A DNA stretch of 64,000 nt, from positions 103,540,001-103,604,000 of the forward strand of contig OZ024742.1 of assembly GCA_964016885.1 (NCBI GenBank). Direction: 5' to 3'. The notes under the pieces were generated by a model that was given only the letters and a program-made list of their open reading frames with translations, searched no databases and was not told the DNA's origin. Made by a program: the position numbers and the translations under genes. Positions 20,267 through 34,618 of the stretch are shown one piece after another (the stretch's first letter is position 1; the number at the start of each line of letters is the position of its first letter). Source of the stretch: Eledone cirrhosa (Eukaryota).

Positions 20267-23200
20267 GTATGATTTATAGAAGCACAGGATGATTTGAAAT
20301 TTGAAAATGTGGGAATCTCAAATAAAATTACTTTAACAGCAGTCGATTACTATAGAAAATCAAGTAGAAAGAACAAAATGGGTCAGCAGCAATTACAGAA
20401 AATCGAACTCCATATCTCTCAAATACTGTGTGAGCATGTTAACCATTACATTAAGGGCCAGCTAATCACCTATTCCATCTAATTAAGATGCCATACTCTA
20501 CAGCTAATTGCTAATAGCTAGATGTAAACAAATCTCAAGAATTATCAATGAGCTGGGTTGATTAGAAATTTGAAAATATGGGAATTCCAAACATAAAAGA
20601 ACTTTAACAACAGTTAATCTCTATAGATATTAGCTTAGAACATCAATTACTAGTTGTTACAGTTATCTACTACATAAATATAAGCAAACTTCTTAACCAC
20701 ATAACGATCATCATCATCGTTAAACATCCATCTTCCACGCTAGCATGGGTTGGACAGTTTTGTCCCACTTGAGGTGAGATTCGTCGGGAGACCGTGTCTC
20801 GCTCATACAGAACTGTCTCGGGCAAGTTTTCTATGGCTGGATGCCCTTTCTAACACCAACCACATTTACAGTGTGGACTGGGAGCCTATTTTACTGTGTC
20901 TCCTACATGACTACTTTACAGTGCATATCTGTATATATGTATTTATAAATATCATTATAATAAAACTCGTGATCCCATAACATATAGACTGGGAAGTGAT
21001 AATGTTCACATATGCTTTGATATCTCCCTCCTCCCCTTCTTTCTCTCTCTTACTCAGTTTTGACAAGACATATCTAGGATGCATACATAGGAAGACTTTT
21101 AGTTGTTACTCACCAGGATAAATAAACTTTAATTCTCTATTAGTCTCCCACTTGGTCTTTTCAATTTTAGCTCTAATTAGTTTCATGTATAACTTTACAT
21201 GTGTGATATCATTTTCCTTAGCAGCTTTCTTAGGGTCAATGTGTAGCTGGTATAACAATGGAAAACTGGGAGGGCTGTAATGGCAGAAATACAGGAAGAT
21301 AGAAAAACAATAAGATTATTGACAACAACACAAGTGCTTTGATCCCTTTTATACTAACTTGGCTGACACTGTCACTGATTTTACACTACAAAACTCTTCT
21401 TCTTCTTCCACTTATTCCGAAGAGGGTCATGGGGGCAGAGTCCTCAAACACTCCCTCCAGTGGGTCCTATCAGAAACAATCATCTCCAACTAATCCGACT
21501 GGACCCCAAGCATAAACAGCCAAGTTCATGGATGTTAACCAATCATCCTGCTTGAAGTCTACCCCTGGACCTCTTGCCAGTTGGTTTTGCATGTAAAATC
21601 TGTCCAGCGATTCTTTCCTCAGACATTCTAACCACATGTCCATAGTATCAGAGCTGTGATCTCTCAATTCGGAGAAATAGCAACTTTACCTGGAGTGACT
21701 CTGATCTATGCACTTTATCGACTAACTTTGCTCCAAACACCCCTTGGAGGAATCCCATTTTGGCCAATTGTATTTGTTTTAAATTATTTGTATTTATCTT
21801 CACACCTTCCATCAAACTTTATGTAAGAACGTTTATTAAGTTAATAAGAACAATTTTTTTATCATTTTCAAAAATTTTTGAAAACCATAGGCAGGGACTT
21901 TTATTAGCTTATGCCTATGTTAGAATTGGCAGAATCGGTAGAGCATCAGACACCATACTTTGCAGCATAGAGTTACGGCACTTTACAGTCTAAGTTCAAA
22001 TCCTGCCGAAGTTAACGTTGCCTTTCATCCTTATGGGGTCAATAAATAAAACACCAGTAATGCACTGGGGTCGATTTAATTGACTTTACCCTTCCCCAAA
22101 ATTGTTGGCCATGTGCCTAAATCAGAAATCATTATTATTATTATCATCGTTATTGGTTTATACAGATGTGTTCATATCAGCTTGTGTAAGTTTGTCATTT
22201 TCACTTGTTTACAAAAGCTTTTTTGCCAATTTTTTTGTCAAACTGTTTATGGTGTGCCTGACTTGACCCTCAAGGAAGGCGACTTCATAATATTTAGGCC
22301 TCTGTATTGTATTTTCTTCTCTGAACCCCCTCCCCCAAAGTAATATGGAGGCAAAACACCCCTCCCCTTCCATGTGCCAGAGCCAAAAGATTTTGCACGA
22401 GAAAAGTGTGCATCTTTTCAGTATGTCAGACATAGAGCTGAAGGTAAATTATGTTACCACCACCATGACACACACTAATACAAGTACAGACACTACCATC
22501 GCCACCACCACCACTACCAACAGCAACAACAATGGCAACAGTAATGGCAGCAACAACAATGGCAACAGTAACGGCAGCAACAATGACAACAACAGCAATG
22601 TGAACAGTGGCACCACCAGCAACAACTACACCAAGGCAAACAATAGCACAACCAGCAGCAGCTACAGCAACAACAGCAACAACAGGAACAATGACACAAT
22701 AAATACCAGCAACAGCAATAATGCAGAAAAAAAATCCCTTCTCTTTTGTGAGAGGAACACGAAATTTAGAGAGTCATAGTCGCAGAGAAGAAGATGGTGG
22801 TCGCAAGAATCATGGTGACCAGAAGTGACTATAAAGTCTCCCCGGAACCTCCACCCGATTTCCTAAAAGACCAACAGTGACACACAGTGACACACTGCAC
22901 AATTAGTACAAGACCGCGTTGAGTGGAGAGAGCCTCAGAGGCTCAGATGCAAAAGGTCTTAGAGGTCTGTGTTGTCAAAGCTAGAGTGTATGCTCTAGGA
23001 CATGAAGAGATGAAAGTCATCCAAAGTCATTCTGACCAAAACAGGTGAATGTTGCTTGATCCAGAGCAAATGTGTGAGGCCTTCCAGCAGCACTTTGCCC
23101 AACTGTTCAGGAGCAACAGTGAACCGGATCAGAGTATGGACTTCAGTGCATACAGACTGACATGGCTCTTGATGACCAAAGTGGAATGTTGCGAAAGGCC

Positions 23201-26200
23201 AATAAAGGCTGCTGAAATATGGGAAATGACGGCTAACAAAATTGTTGACCTTGTGCCTAAATCAGAAACCATTATTATTATTATTATTATTCATTTAATT
23301 ATTTATCCTTTGCACTCAACATTTAACAATGTTTACCAATCAAAAATGTTCACTAGACAACAGAATTCACTAATCAAATGTATTCAGATCTAAGTAAGTT
23401 ATTTCCATATTTTTAATTCAACTCATTAGAGGTGAACTGAAATCTTCAGTTACAGGTCAAAAGTTAAACAATATCTTAATGAGTAAAACAAAATTTAGTA
23501 TATAAACAAAATGATACAGACCAGTGGTATTTTGTGTTAAAATTCCAAATAGTTTTTGAATTAACTTCAGATACTTCAAAGGTGGTATCAGAAATAACTT
23601 GCATTAAAATGAGACGGAGGTTGGCAAAGAGTTTGTTGTTAGAATTTACTCCCTGTAAAGAGGTGAGAACAATAAAAGATATGAATTGGAATTAGAATCA
23701 TCATCATTAATATCATGGTGGATTGGCAGAATTGGACGATATTATGTTTTCGTAACTTACTTTGAAGTGAATTCCTATTATTTCTTGAAGCCGGAGAACA
23801 GTGATTGACATGTCAAAGTTTACTTTATGAAATAGCTTGGTCCTATGTCTGTCAAGTTCCATGCTAAATGTTAAATCCTTCATATCAGGGAAGCGAGTGG
23901 TCACTGTTAACTGGTCACCATCCAAACTCTGTTTCACATAGATTTTGGCTTTTTCATCGGTTGATGAATCTGAATAACAACAACAACAACAAAAAATAAT
24001 AATAATGGTTTCTTATATAAGCACAAGGCCAACAATTTCGATTAAATCAACCCCAGTGTGTTACTGGTACGTGCTTTATTTTATCAACCCCTTAAGGATG
24101 AATGGCAAAGCTAATCTTGGAGGGATTAGATCTCAGAAGGTAAAGGGCCGTAACTCAATGCTGCAAAGCATGTTGTTCAATGCTCTACCATCATTCCTAC
24201 TACAAGGTCAAAATCAACACAGATTGCGGTTTACATTTAGTGAAATAAAGGGGACATCACCAAAGATAAAACAGTTGGTAATTATTATAGATATTCATGA
24301 TCCCCAACTAGGATGAAGGGGGCTTTTGGGTAATTCCAGTGAGAACTTCACAAAAAACTCTGGCTTACTCTGTTGTCTCAAAGGCATTGAAAGTTTCCTC
24401 TCCCAGTTTCTTTCCTCCTGCGTACAAAAGTATAGCCAGAGGAAGCCTATAAGCCTTGTTCTTCTCACCACTCTCACCCATCTTTCATAAAATACACTAG
24501 AAGGCAGCACATCCCTCTCTACCCCATCTTCCTCCTTAAGTGGTACTTGATGAGGGTTTAATCAGAAAGGAAGCCTTTGAGACATGTCCACTATACAGCT
24601 TCTTTCCTCATGGCTACCAAGTAGATTTGTCATATCTCCCTTATAAAAGAAGGTGGTGGTTCAATTTTCCCTATAGATCCAGCTTATAGCTGTGATATCA
24701 GTTGTTTGACACAAGCTCTCAAATCTGCAATGCAATGACACTGAATGATAGCTTGCAGGATGGTTCCTTCACTTAACAGGCATTTCAGACAGGTGTGGTA
24801 GTTAACACTGTTCACAGAGTGCCCCTCTGTAGCACGGTCATCTCATTTATACAAAACCCTTATTTACAATCACATAATATGATAGAAATAATAGCCAAAT
24901 TTCCCTTATATCATACACTATCATCAGGAACTATTGGATAAAATAATCCTAGATACACTAGGCCTGGAAAAAAGACAAATGCACAAATCTCAAACATCTC
25001 AAACATAGATGAGCATGGCCTGTCAGGAGTTAAACACCAATAACAAACAGCAATAGTAAATAATTGAGACAGAGCAATAGAGTAGAGAAGATAATAATGG
25101 AGGAGTGGAGGCAGACAATACTGTAAAGAAGGTAATAACCTGGAGAGCAGACAACAGTGTAGGAAGGGCAATAGTTTAGAGAAGGCAGTAGTATTGAGAG
25201 ACATTTAGTATATGCAAAGAAATAGCAGAGAGAAGGATATAGTGTAGAGAAGGATATAGTGTAGAGTGGGATATAGCAGAGAGGACATGTGCAGAGATAA
25301 AGCAATAACTTGGAGGTGAAAGTAGCATAGAGAAATCAACAGTGTGAAAAGGAGAATAGCCTGGAGAAGATAAAGAGGATAACAGTATAGAGAGATATAG
25401 CCATAAGATAATAATAGCCTGGAGAGGACAATAGCATAGAGACAACAATTGTGTAAAGATAACAATAGCATGGAAATGGCAATAGCATAGAAATGGCAAC
25501 AGCATAGAGATGGCAACAGTATCATCATCATCATCATCATCATCACCGTTTTACGTCCGTTCTTCCACGCTAGCATGGGTTAGACGGGTTGTCCTGTTGT
25601 GTGCAGTGTCTGGTTGGCTGACCATGCCTTGCTCAATAGCATAGAAATGGCAATAGTGTAGAGATGGCAATAGTATAGAGATGGCAATAGCATAGAGATG
25701 GCAATAGTGTAGAGATGGCAATAGCATAGAGATGGCAATAGCGTAGAGATGGTAATAGTGTAGAGATGGCAATAGCGTAGAGATGGCAATAGTATAGAGA
25801 TGGCAATAGCGTAGAGATGGTAATAGTGTAGAGATGGCAATAGCGTAGAGATGGCAATAGTATAGAGATGGCAATAGCGTAGAGATGGTAATAGTGTAGA
25901 GATGGCAATAGTGTAGAGATGGCAATAGTATAGAGATGGCAATAGCATAGAGATGGCAATAGCATAGAGATGGCAATAGCGTAGAGATGGTAATAGTGTA
26001 GAGATGGCAATAGCATAGAGATGGCAATAGCATAGAGATGGCAATAGTGTAGAGATGGCAATAGCATAGAGATGGCAATAGTGTAGAGATGGCAATAGTA
26101 TAGAGATGGCAATAGTATAGAGATGGCAATAGCATAGAGATGGCAATAGCATAGAGATGGCAATAGTGTAGAGATGGCAATAGTGTAGAGATGGCAATAG

Positions 26201-29200
26201 TATAGAGATGGCAATAGCATAGAGATGGCAATAGCATAGAGATGGCAATAGTGTAGAGATGGCAATAGATTAGATACAAAATCAGAGAAACTAATGCCAT
26301 CACCCAGTAAGAGGGATTCATTAAAAAGGCAATAGGTGGATGAACACAATAACCAAAGGTGACAATAACCATACAACAATATCCTAACCCTTTAACATTT
26401 ATATTACTCTATATTTATTATTATATTTTCATGGTAAAGGCTTTACCTCCCATAATATCGAAGTTATGAGATTTTGATATTATTTATTTTGAGAACAATA
26501 CCTTAACTTAAGTATGAGTAGCCAGTTACAGCCGGTTTGAACAGAAAGGTGTGATACAATTCTGGCCAAATACAGCCGGTTTAAATGCTAAAGAGCTAAA
26601 GAAAGTAATGACAGAGAAAATAGCAGCCTATAGAAACAATATAATGTTAGAAACAAAACAACAAAGGAATATAAGTGAATTATATCTCACCTGACAATAC
26701 AGCAGTCTTAATACTTATTATTCTTTCTGGTTTTGATGAACTTGTAATTTCTCTTTCTACATCCATCCGAACTTTCTCAATTTTACTTAAATACATGATA
26801 GGACATAGTTTCAATATATTGTTTCAATTTCAATGCATATTCACATGCATAGTAAGCATAAATGTACAAATGTATATTAAGATTCAAATATTGTTTTCAC
26901 AGAAATTAAGATAACGCCCTATTTTTTTTCTATCTTGTAAATAAGACTCTGTATACATCAATATAATCAACATTAGTAGTTGCCAAGGATTTAACCCTCT
27001 TAATACCAACATGTTCTGGTTCTATGAACCAAAACCACTTATTTTAAAGAGTCCTTATTTAAATTTAAATTTTCCAACATAATTTCACATAAGAACCATA
27101 ACATACGAGAATCATATGTTATGTTACTAACACCATCATAATAACGAAATATTTCCAGTAAATCCCTCAAAATGTTTCATCAATCCATTTAAATACAATG
27201 TATTTTATTAGAAATATGGTAAGGTAATGAAAGGGTTAATATTAATTGTTTCTACTTTTGGCACAAGGCCAGCAATTACCCCAGTGTATTACTGGTACTT
27301 TATTTTATTGACCCCGTAAAGATGAAAGGCAAAGTTAATCCCGGTGGGATTTGAACTCAGATGGTAAAGGAGCGTAACTCTATGCTGCAAAGCATGGCGT
27401 CCGATCCTCTACCGATACTGCCAATCCGATGAGCTACAAAAATAATATTTTGGCCAACCACATACCGAATTGTTTGGTAATCAACACAAAACACACCATA
27501 TATTGCACATCATATATATTTCACTTATATATTCATTGACCATGTCTTTTTATGCACAAAATACATAGACACATGCTACATCACAAATATCACATCACAA
27601 CAACACATCATACATATATTATATACATGATGCTACACACACACTTACTCCCCCTTCTGATACAACATAGCACACACAGATATCATATATTTTCCATACT
27701 ATATACTGTTGGTTGAAAATTATGAATTCCCTAACCTATACATAAAGCCTTTGAAAGAATTTTGTAAAGGGTAACAAGACTGCATTTGCTCCTCCACCTC
27801 ATGGTGGGATGAACCCTCTCAAACATTTAAATGAACTGAGGCAATTTTTATAAAAGGAAGGATGGGTGCAGATATTCACAGGCCCATCTTTGGATCTTTC
27901 TGTGCTGGACTAATCTATTGGCTAAATCCTTTCTTATAGAGACTGCCTATAAATAGATATAATTGTTTCTACTTTAGGCACAAGGCCAGCAATAACCCAG
28001 TGCATTACTGGTACTTTATTTTATCGACCCCGTAAGGATGAAAGGCAAAGTTAACCTCGGCGGGATTTGAACTCAGATCGTAAAGGGACGTAACTCTATG
28101 CTTCAAAGCATGGTGTCCGACTCTCTACCGATACTGCCAATCCAAAATAGATATAATGTTTTATATAACCCAGTACCACATAAAATAATACTGTATACTC
28201 TGTAGTGCACTAAATAGTCCAACAGAAAAACACCCTTCATACCAGAGACTTTTCAATGAGGATCTTAGTCTATTCAGTACCAGAGACATGAACCAATATT
28301 CTTTTTTTTTCTTTTATTTACTCAAGCAAGGCAATAAAGCCACTAAAATGCAAGGGGTTACTGAGAAAGGAAAAGGACAAGACAGAGAGAACATAATTTA
28401 AAAAAAGAAACTATGATGATTGATGTTGCTTTTGAATTTTTGCAAATTGAAGCAGTCAGGAAGGCAAGAAGACTTAAGATAATTCCATAGGTAAGATGTG
28501 TTAGGGAAGAAACTATCAGAATAAAGTTTATGATTGCCTTTAGGAACTGTAAAGGGATGAGTCCTAGCTACAAATCTGGTTTCAGTTATCTGACTGCAGC
28601 CATGTTTAGGCACTCCTTTTAATTTAGTTTATCATATCAACCACAGTTCTTATTTTTCAAGTCTTGTATTTATTTTATCGATTTATTTTATGTGGTAGGG
28701 AGAGGGATGTCAGGACACTAACGTTGGTTGACAAATTCACAAATTTCTGGATGTGTACTGTTGTGCATCACTTATGGCAATTGCTAAACTATTTGAAATG
28801 GCTGAGGGTACTGTGCACAGATGATCTGAACATGTGCAAAGTTTGTGAAAAGTTTGTTCCCAGGGTGCTCAATGAAGATAAAAGACAGAGGTGCATTGAT
28901 GACAGCAAGGAGATGGTTGAGTGGATTGCTTCAAATCCAAGTGTCCTTGAGTCTCTGGTAACCTGTGATGAGAGCTGGGTCTACTATTATGATCCAATGA
29001 TCAAGAGACAGAATGTTCAATGGAAATATTCTGATTTCCCAAGACCCAAGAAGGCCAGGCAAAGCAGGTTCACTGGGAAGCTCTTGATGATCCCATTCTT
29101 CGACAGCAAAGATATCATCCACATACACTGGGTTGCCCACGGCCACACAGTCAACAAAGAATTAATAATTCACATATTCTCACATTGCACACACACACAC

Positions 29201-31536
29201 ACACAAACACATTCTTACAAAACACACATAAATACTGAGACTCAAACACACACACACACACAATTCACACAAACACTTACAAAATACACACACACAACTT
29301 CAGGTACATATGGGCATACACACACACAAAATACACACAATACACATGTACACACTCTTACAATACACACATAAATACTGGGAGACATAAACAGTCACAC
29401 ACACAATACAGACAAACAGTCACAAAATATGTACACACAACTACAGACAGACAGATACACACACACACAAAACCTTGGCTGTTTCCTTACTTGTCCATTG
29501 GCTTCAATGTGAGGGAGATGTCAACATCACCATTCAGTGGCATGTAGGCATGGTTACGAGAACTGAGGACATCAGGGCTAGTCAGCTGGAAGCAGGCCTT
29601 CACTCGGAACAGGATGCTGGCCAATGGAGTAAAACACCAGTTGATTGACCGTTTGTTGATACTTGGTGATTTGTCAGCTGATACAGGAATTACACCTTCC
29701 CGTACAAGAAACAAGCGGTGCCTGGAGATAAAAGAAAATCAAAAGACAAAATGTGGTTAAAATATGCTTAATTATTAAAGTGGTGAAAAACAAGAGAGGT
29801 AGATAGTCAGAATTGGTAGAGCATCAGATAAAATACCATAGCAGTATTTGTTCTGGTTCTTTACATTCTGAGTTCAAATCCTGCATTTCATCTTTCTGAG
29901 GTTGATAAAATAAAGTAACTGTGAAGTACTGGGGTTGATTTAACCAACAAAATTCACTGTCAAAATTGCTGGTCTAGAGACTATAAGGGTTGGCTAAAAC
30001 CTTCATAGGCTGTCTATAAAGGAGTAACGTTAGAGCTGTGAAATTTTGCATTCATTAATTTCAACTTTTCTTATTAATAACTGCATTGTTTCTTTCCAGA
30101 GACTATGTTGAAAAATAAAGCTCATTTGGTCATTCATCATCATCATCGTTTAACGTCCATCTTCCACGCTTGCATGGGTTTGGACGCATTCCATGAGAGA
30201 ATCATGGTCAGCCTATAAAATTTTCAGCCAACCTTCATAAAGTAGAAATTATTATAGTGGCTAAAGACATGAATATGGAAGAAAAGAATGTGGTTTTAAA
30301 AATAAAAAGTTTATGTATCTTCTGCCAATATTTTAAGGTGGTGAATTGGCAGTATCGGTAAAGGGTTGGACACCATGCTTTCTAGCATAGTTACGTCTCT
30401 TTATGGTCTAAGTTCAAATCCCGTCGAGGTTAACTTTGCCTTTCATCCTTACAGGGTCGATAAAATAAAGTACCAGTAATGTACTGGGTAATTGCTAGCC
30501 TTGTGCCAAAAAGTAGAAACAATATTTTAATATTCTTCTTGTTTTGTTCCTTTAGCTCCTCATGGAGAATTGAGTGATAAGAGATCTCCATTCTACACAG
30601 TTGCAAACCATGTCATGGTCCTGCTCCCAGGTCAGGTATCTGCTCTCATTGTTTCTGTAGCAATATTGACCCAACATAAACACATCATCAGTTTTAACTA
30701 GTGTAAACAGAAGCACAAACATACACATACACAAACACATTCACACACACACATTCATACACACACACGATGGATCTTTATCAATTTTGATAATGAGTGT
30801 TCCTATTGTTCAATCAAGAAATTGATGTGTAAGTGACTGGGCATTCCACAGATAGATGTACCCTTAACATAGTTCTTAGAAAGATCCAGAGAGAGAGGGG
30901 GGGGTGTCATAGAGAGAGATAGAGCAGGTAGGGGGGGGGGACAAAGGACAAGGAGAGAGAAAGACAGAGAAAGGGCAGGGATCAGGGAGAGAGAGAAGGG
31001 GACAGGGAGGGATAGGAGGGACAGGGAGAGAGAAGAGGGATAGAGAGAGAGAAGGTGACAGAAAGAGAAAGAGAGGGGGGCTGAAAGAGATACAGAAGGA
31101 GATAGAGAAAGTGGAAGAGACAAAGAGATATAGAAGACAACAATAGAAATATTTCTACAAAGACAAATAAAATCCTACTTACTTGACATTGAATAAGACA
31201 ACATCCTTTTCAGTTCGGTCCACTTCAATGGTCCACTTGGAATATTCAGTAGCTCCTGCTTTTGTATTGTGTGTGGAATTAGTTCGCCCACTAACACCTA
31301 AGTAGACATCCACTTCACTTTGCATTTCTATTCCTTCTGCTATTTCATTGGGCAGATCCAAAGAAATTCTTGCATAAAAGCTTAATCCCAACCTATTAAA
31401 TAAACATTTAACACTGAATACAAAACATTCAAACGGAATGGATGTGCTACTCTGATTTGTAGTCTTTCCAATCTTTACACTGCAGACACATATATACGTA
31501 TATATTTACATATATAATCTATATGTATATATATAT

Positions 31537-31571
<35 letters not shown>

Positions 31572-33149
31572 GGGAATTTAGATCGATTTAATGGCAGAGG
31601 CATGAAAGCCAATGTAATTTTCCTCTCTCTCTCTCGCTCTTCTTTGCCAAGACTCTCACATCTGCATTTCAGAATGTAATGTCAGTGTGCATCTGCATTT
31701 CAGAATGTAATGTCAGTGTGCATCTACATTTCAGAATGTAATGTCAGTGTGCATCTGCATTTCAGAATGTAATGTCAGTGTGCATCTGCATTTCAGGACT
31801 ATGGGTAAAGTTTTTAACTTGACGTGCTATAGGGCCAAATCAAAGATTTTCCAGTTGTCAGAGAGTTGCTCTATCTGATGATGCAGACCTTGTTGCTCTT
31901 ACCAAGGAGGAAATGCAAGCAATCATGAACCTGTTTTCTGGGGCATGTACAGCTTTCGAGCTTACTATCAACACAGAAAAAACCAAGGCTGTGTACACAC
32001 TACCTCCTGAGCAACATTACACCAAGCCTGACGTCTTTGTTCAGAGTCAGAGATTGAAGGTTGTTGATACATTTGTCTACCATGATAGTGCTCTCTCCAG
32101 AGATGGTTCATTGGACTCCGAAATCGAATTAAGGATCAAAAGAGCCAGCAAAGTATCAATAGGTGGGAGGAGGGGACAGGTCTGGTCTTACAGAGACCTC
32201 TCATTTGGCACTAAGATAAGTGTTTACCAGTCCTGTGTCTTGATTTCTCTCATATTCTGCTGAGATTGAACCACATACTGACATCATATCAAAACATTGG
32301 AAAAATTCCACCAAAGATGCCTAAGGTGTATTTAGAACATTAAGTGGCAGTCATTTACACCTGCCACCCTTGTTCTGTAGCGGGCCAATAGACCCAGCTT
32401 AGAAAAACTACTCATTCAAAACCAACTGTGTTGAGCAGGTTTTTTAAAGCAGATGGAAGATGAGAGGTTGCCTAAGTGAATTTGGTACAGAGAGTTAACT
32501 CTGGGTAAATGCCCCAGACACAAACCCAAGAAACGTTTCAGGGATATTGTCAAAGGCAATAAATGACACTTGGTATTAGTGTTGAGGATTGGGATGATGA
32601 ATCAGAGATTCAATCTGGTTGGAGAAGTCTGATTTATGATGGTTGTGATCGTTTTGAGGTAAAAAATATGGAATATCAGTGTTTAAAAGAGGAGAGGTGA
32701 TGTAGATTCAGTCACAGAAGATATCTAGTCAGAGCATGTTTGTAACATCTGTGAAAAGGTTGTTCATTCTTGTGCTGGGATTGCTAGTAATTTAAGAGCT
32801 CACAGCAATCAGCAGTCTGGGGTTGATTATGTTGGTGTCCTCCCTGAATGACCTGCATGGTATTTGTGCCTGTTTTGTAACAAAGCTTGTAGGTATGCTG
32901 CTGGACTCAAGCAGCACTTGAGAGTGCATAAGGAGGAAGTTACATTCAGGACTGTCCTTGTGTGTGTCACATCTGTAAAATAGTATGCTGGAGCAAGGCA
33001 GGTTTGTGGAGTCATTTGCGGTCTCATGGCAGTTCAGCAAAACGCTGAAGAGATAGCACTTTTCTGTAAAGAAGTGGCAGCTATCATATATATTGATAGC
33101 TATTGATTCCAGAGTCGTTTGATATTAAAGGGGTTAATTATATATATAT

Positions 33150-33228
<79 letters not shown>

Positions 33229-34142
33229 TATAGATATAGATAGGTAAATATACACGGGTGTGTATGATTGTGTATAGAAGATTATATTAATAAGAGGAAT
33301 TCCAACTTTGTTTGATTTACTCGTTTTATTTACAATCCTTTAAAATATATAATGGTATTATAATGAAATAGTATGATAGAATATTAAATTCTAAGTGTTA
33401 ATTGAACAAGTACTTTCATGCTTTCGCAATCTTCAGGTTCATAATATGTGGTGACAGTCAAGTTTGCAATTTTGAACTGTGAAAATTGCAAACTCGACTG
33501 TCACCACATATTATGAACCTGAAGATTGCGAAAGCATGAAAGTACTTGTTCAATTAACACTTAGAATTTAATATTCTATCATACTATTTCATTATAATAC
33601 CATTATATATTTTAAAGGATTGTAAATAAAACGAGTAAATCAGACAAAGTTGGAATTCCTCTTATTAATATATATATATATCACGCTCCACTCTCCTACC
33701 CATCACAGGAAGATATGTGTGTGTATATTGCTTCCACCCCCTCACTGACCAGCAGCTGGCGATTGCTAAATCTGACCTTTATAAAATAACCCACACCCCA
33801 AATAACTTCTCATTCACTACCAGAAAGGGACACAGCAGTCAACCTGTTGTTGCTACCTAGATGAAAACTGCTATGAAATCCCACAATGAATTTTATACTT
33901 GAATTTTCAAGTCTCAAATTTTAACTCTTCGTATTATTAATTTTTCTTAATATTAATCAACATTTGAAAAGATGGCTTTTGCAGACCCATCGAAACCGGT
34001 CATTTTTTATACCCTTTATTATTTCCTTACCTTATAAAATTATGTTTTTTCACAAAAAAGTATTCTGTCTCTTATATATTCCATGTGCCATTACCAACCT
34101 CAATTTTCTCTATAACCTTCGTTTTGTGTAGAAAATTACACT

Positions 34143-34178
<36 letters not shown>

Positions 34179-34586
34179 CCCCTTTAATACCAAACGACTC
34201 TGGAATCAATAGTTCATCAGACTCATGGTTTCCTTAATGATGGGAGATATCTGCATACAACTTTTGGTACAGATATCTCCCGCCACTAAAGAAACCATGC
34301 ATTTGATGAGCTATTGATTCCAGAGTCAGGCATAATCGATACGAATCATACCTTGAGCTGATCAATCACGAAATGTGCATCACATATGAATAAATTTGAT
34401 GAGGATACTTTGATACCCTGTTCTTACTCATTACTATTATTACTAATACTCTGCTTATTAAGTAGACCAACCATAGTAAAACATCATATAGCCAATACTA
34501 CATACTAAACCAAACTCATGTATACATCATGTGCTCAAGGTGGTGAAACTATATAAAATAAAGTTACAAACCGTTTAACTATATAA

Positions 34587-34618
<32 letters not shown>

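Noticed and set aside
25551-26379. Three overlapping hydrophobic ORFs
   Set aside because: Artefacts of the 17-bp minisatellite.
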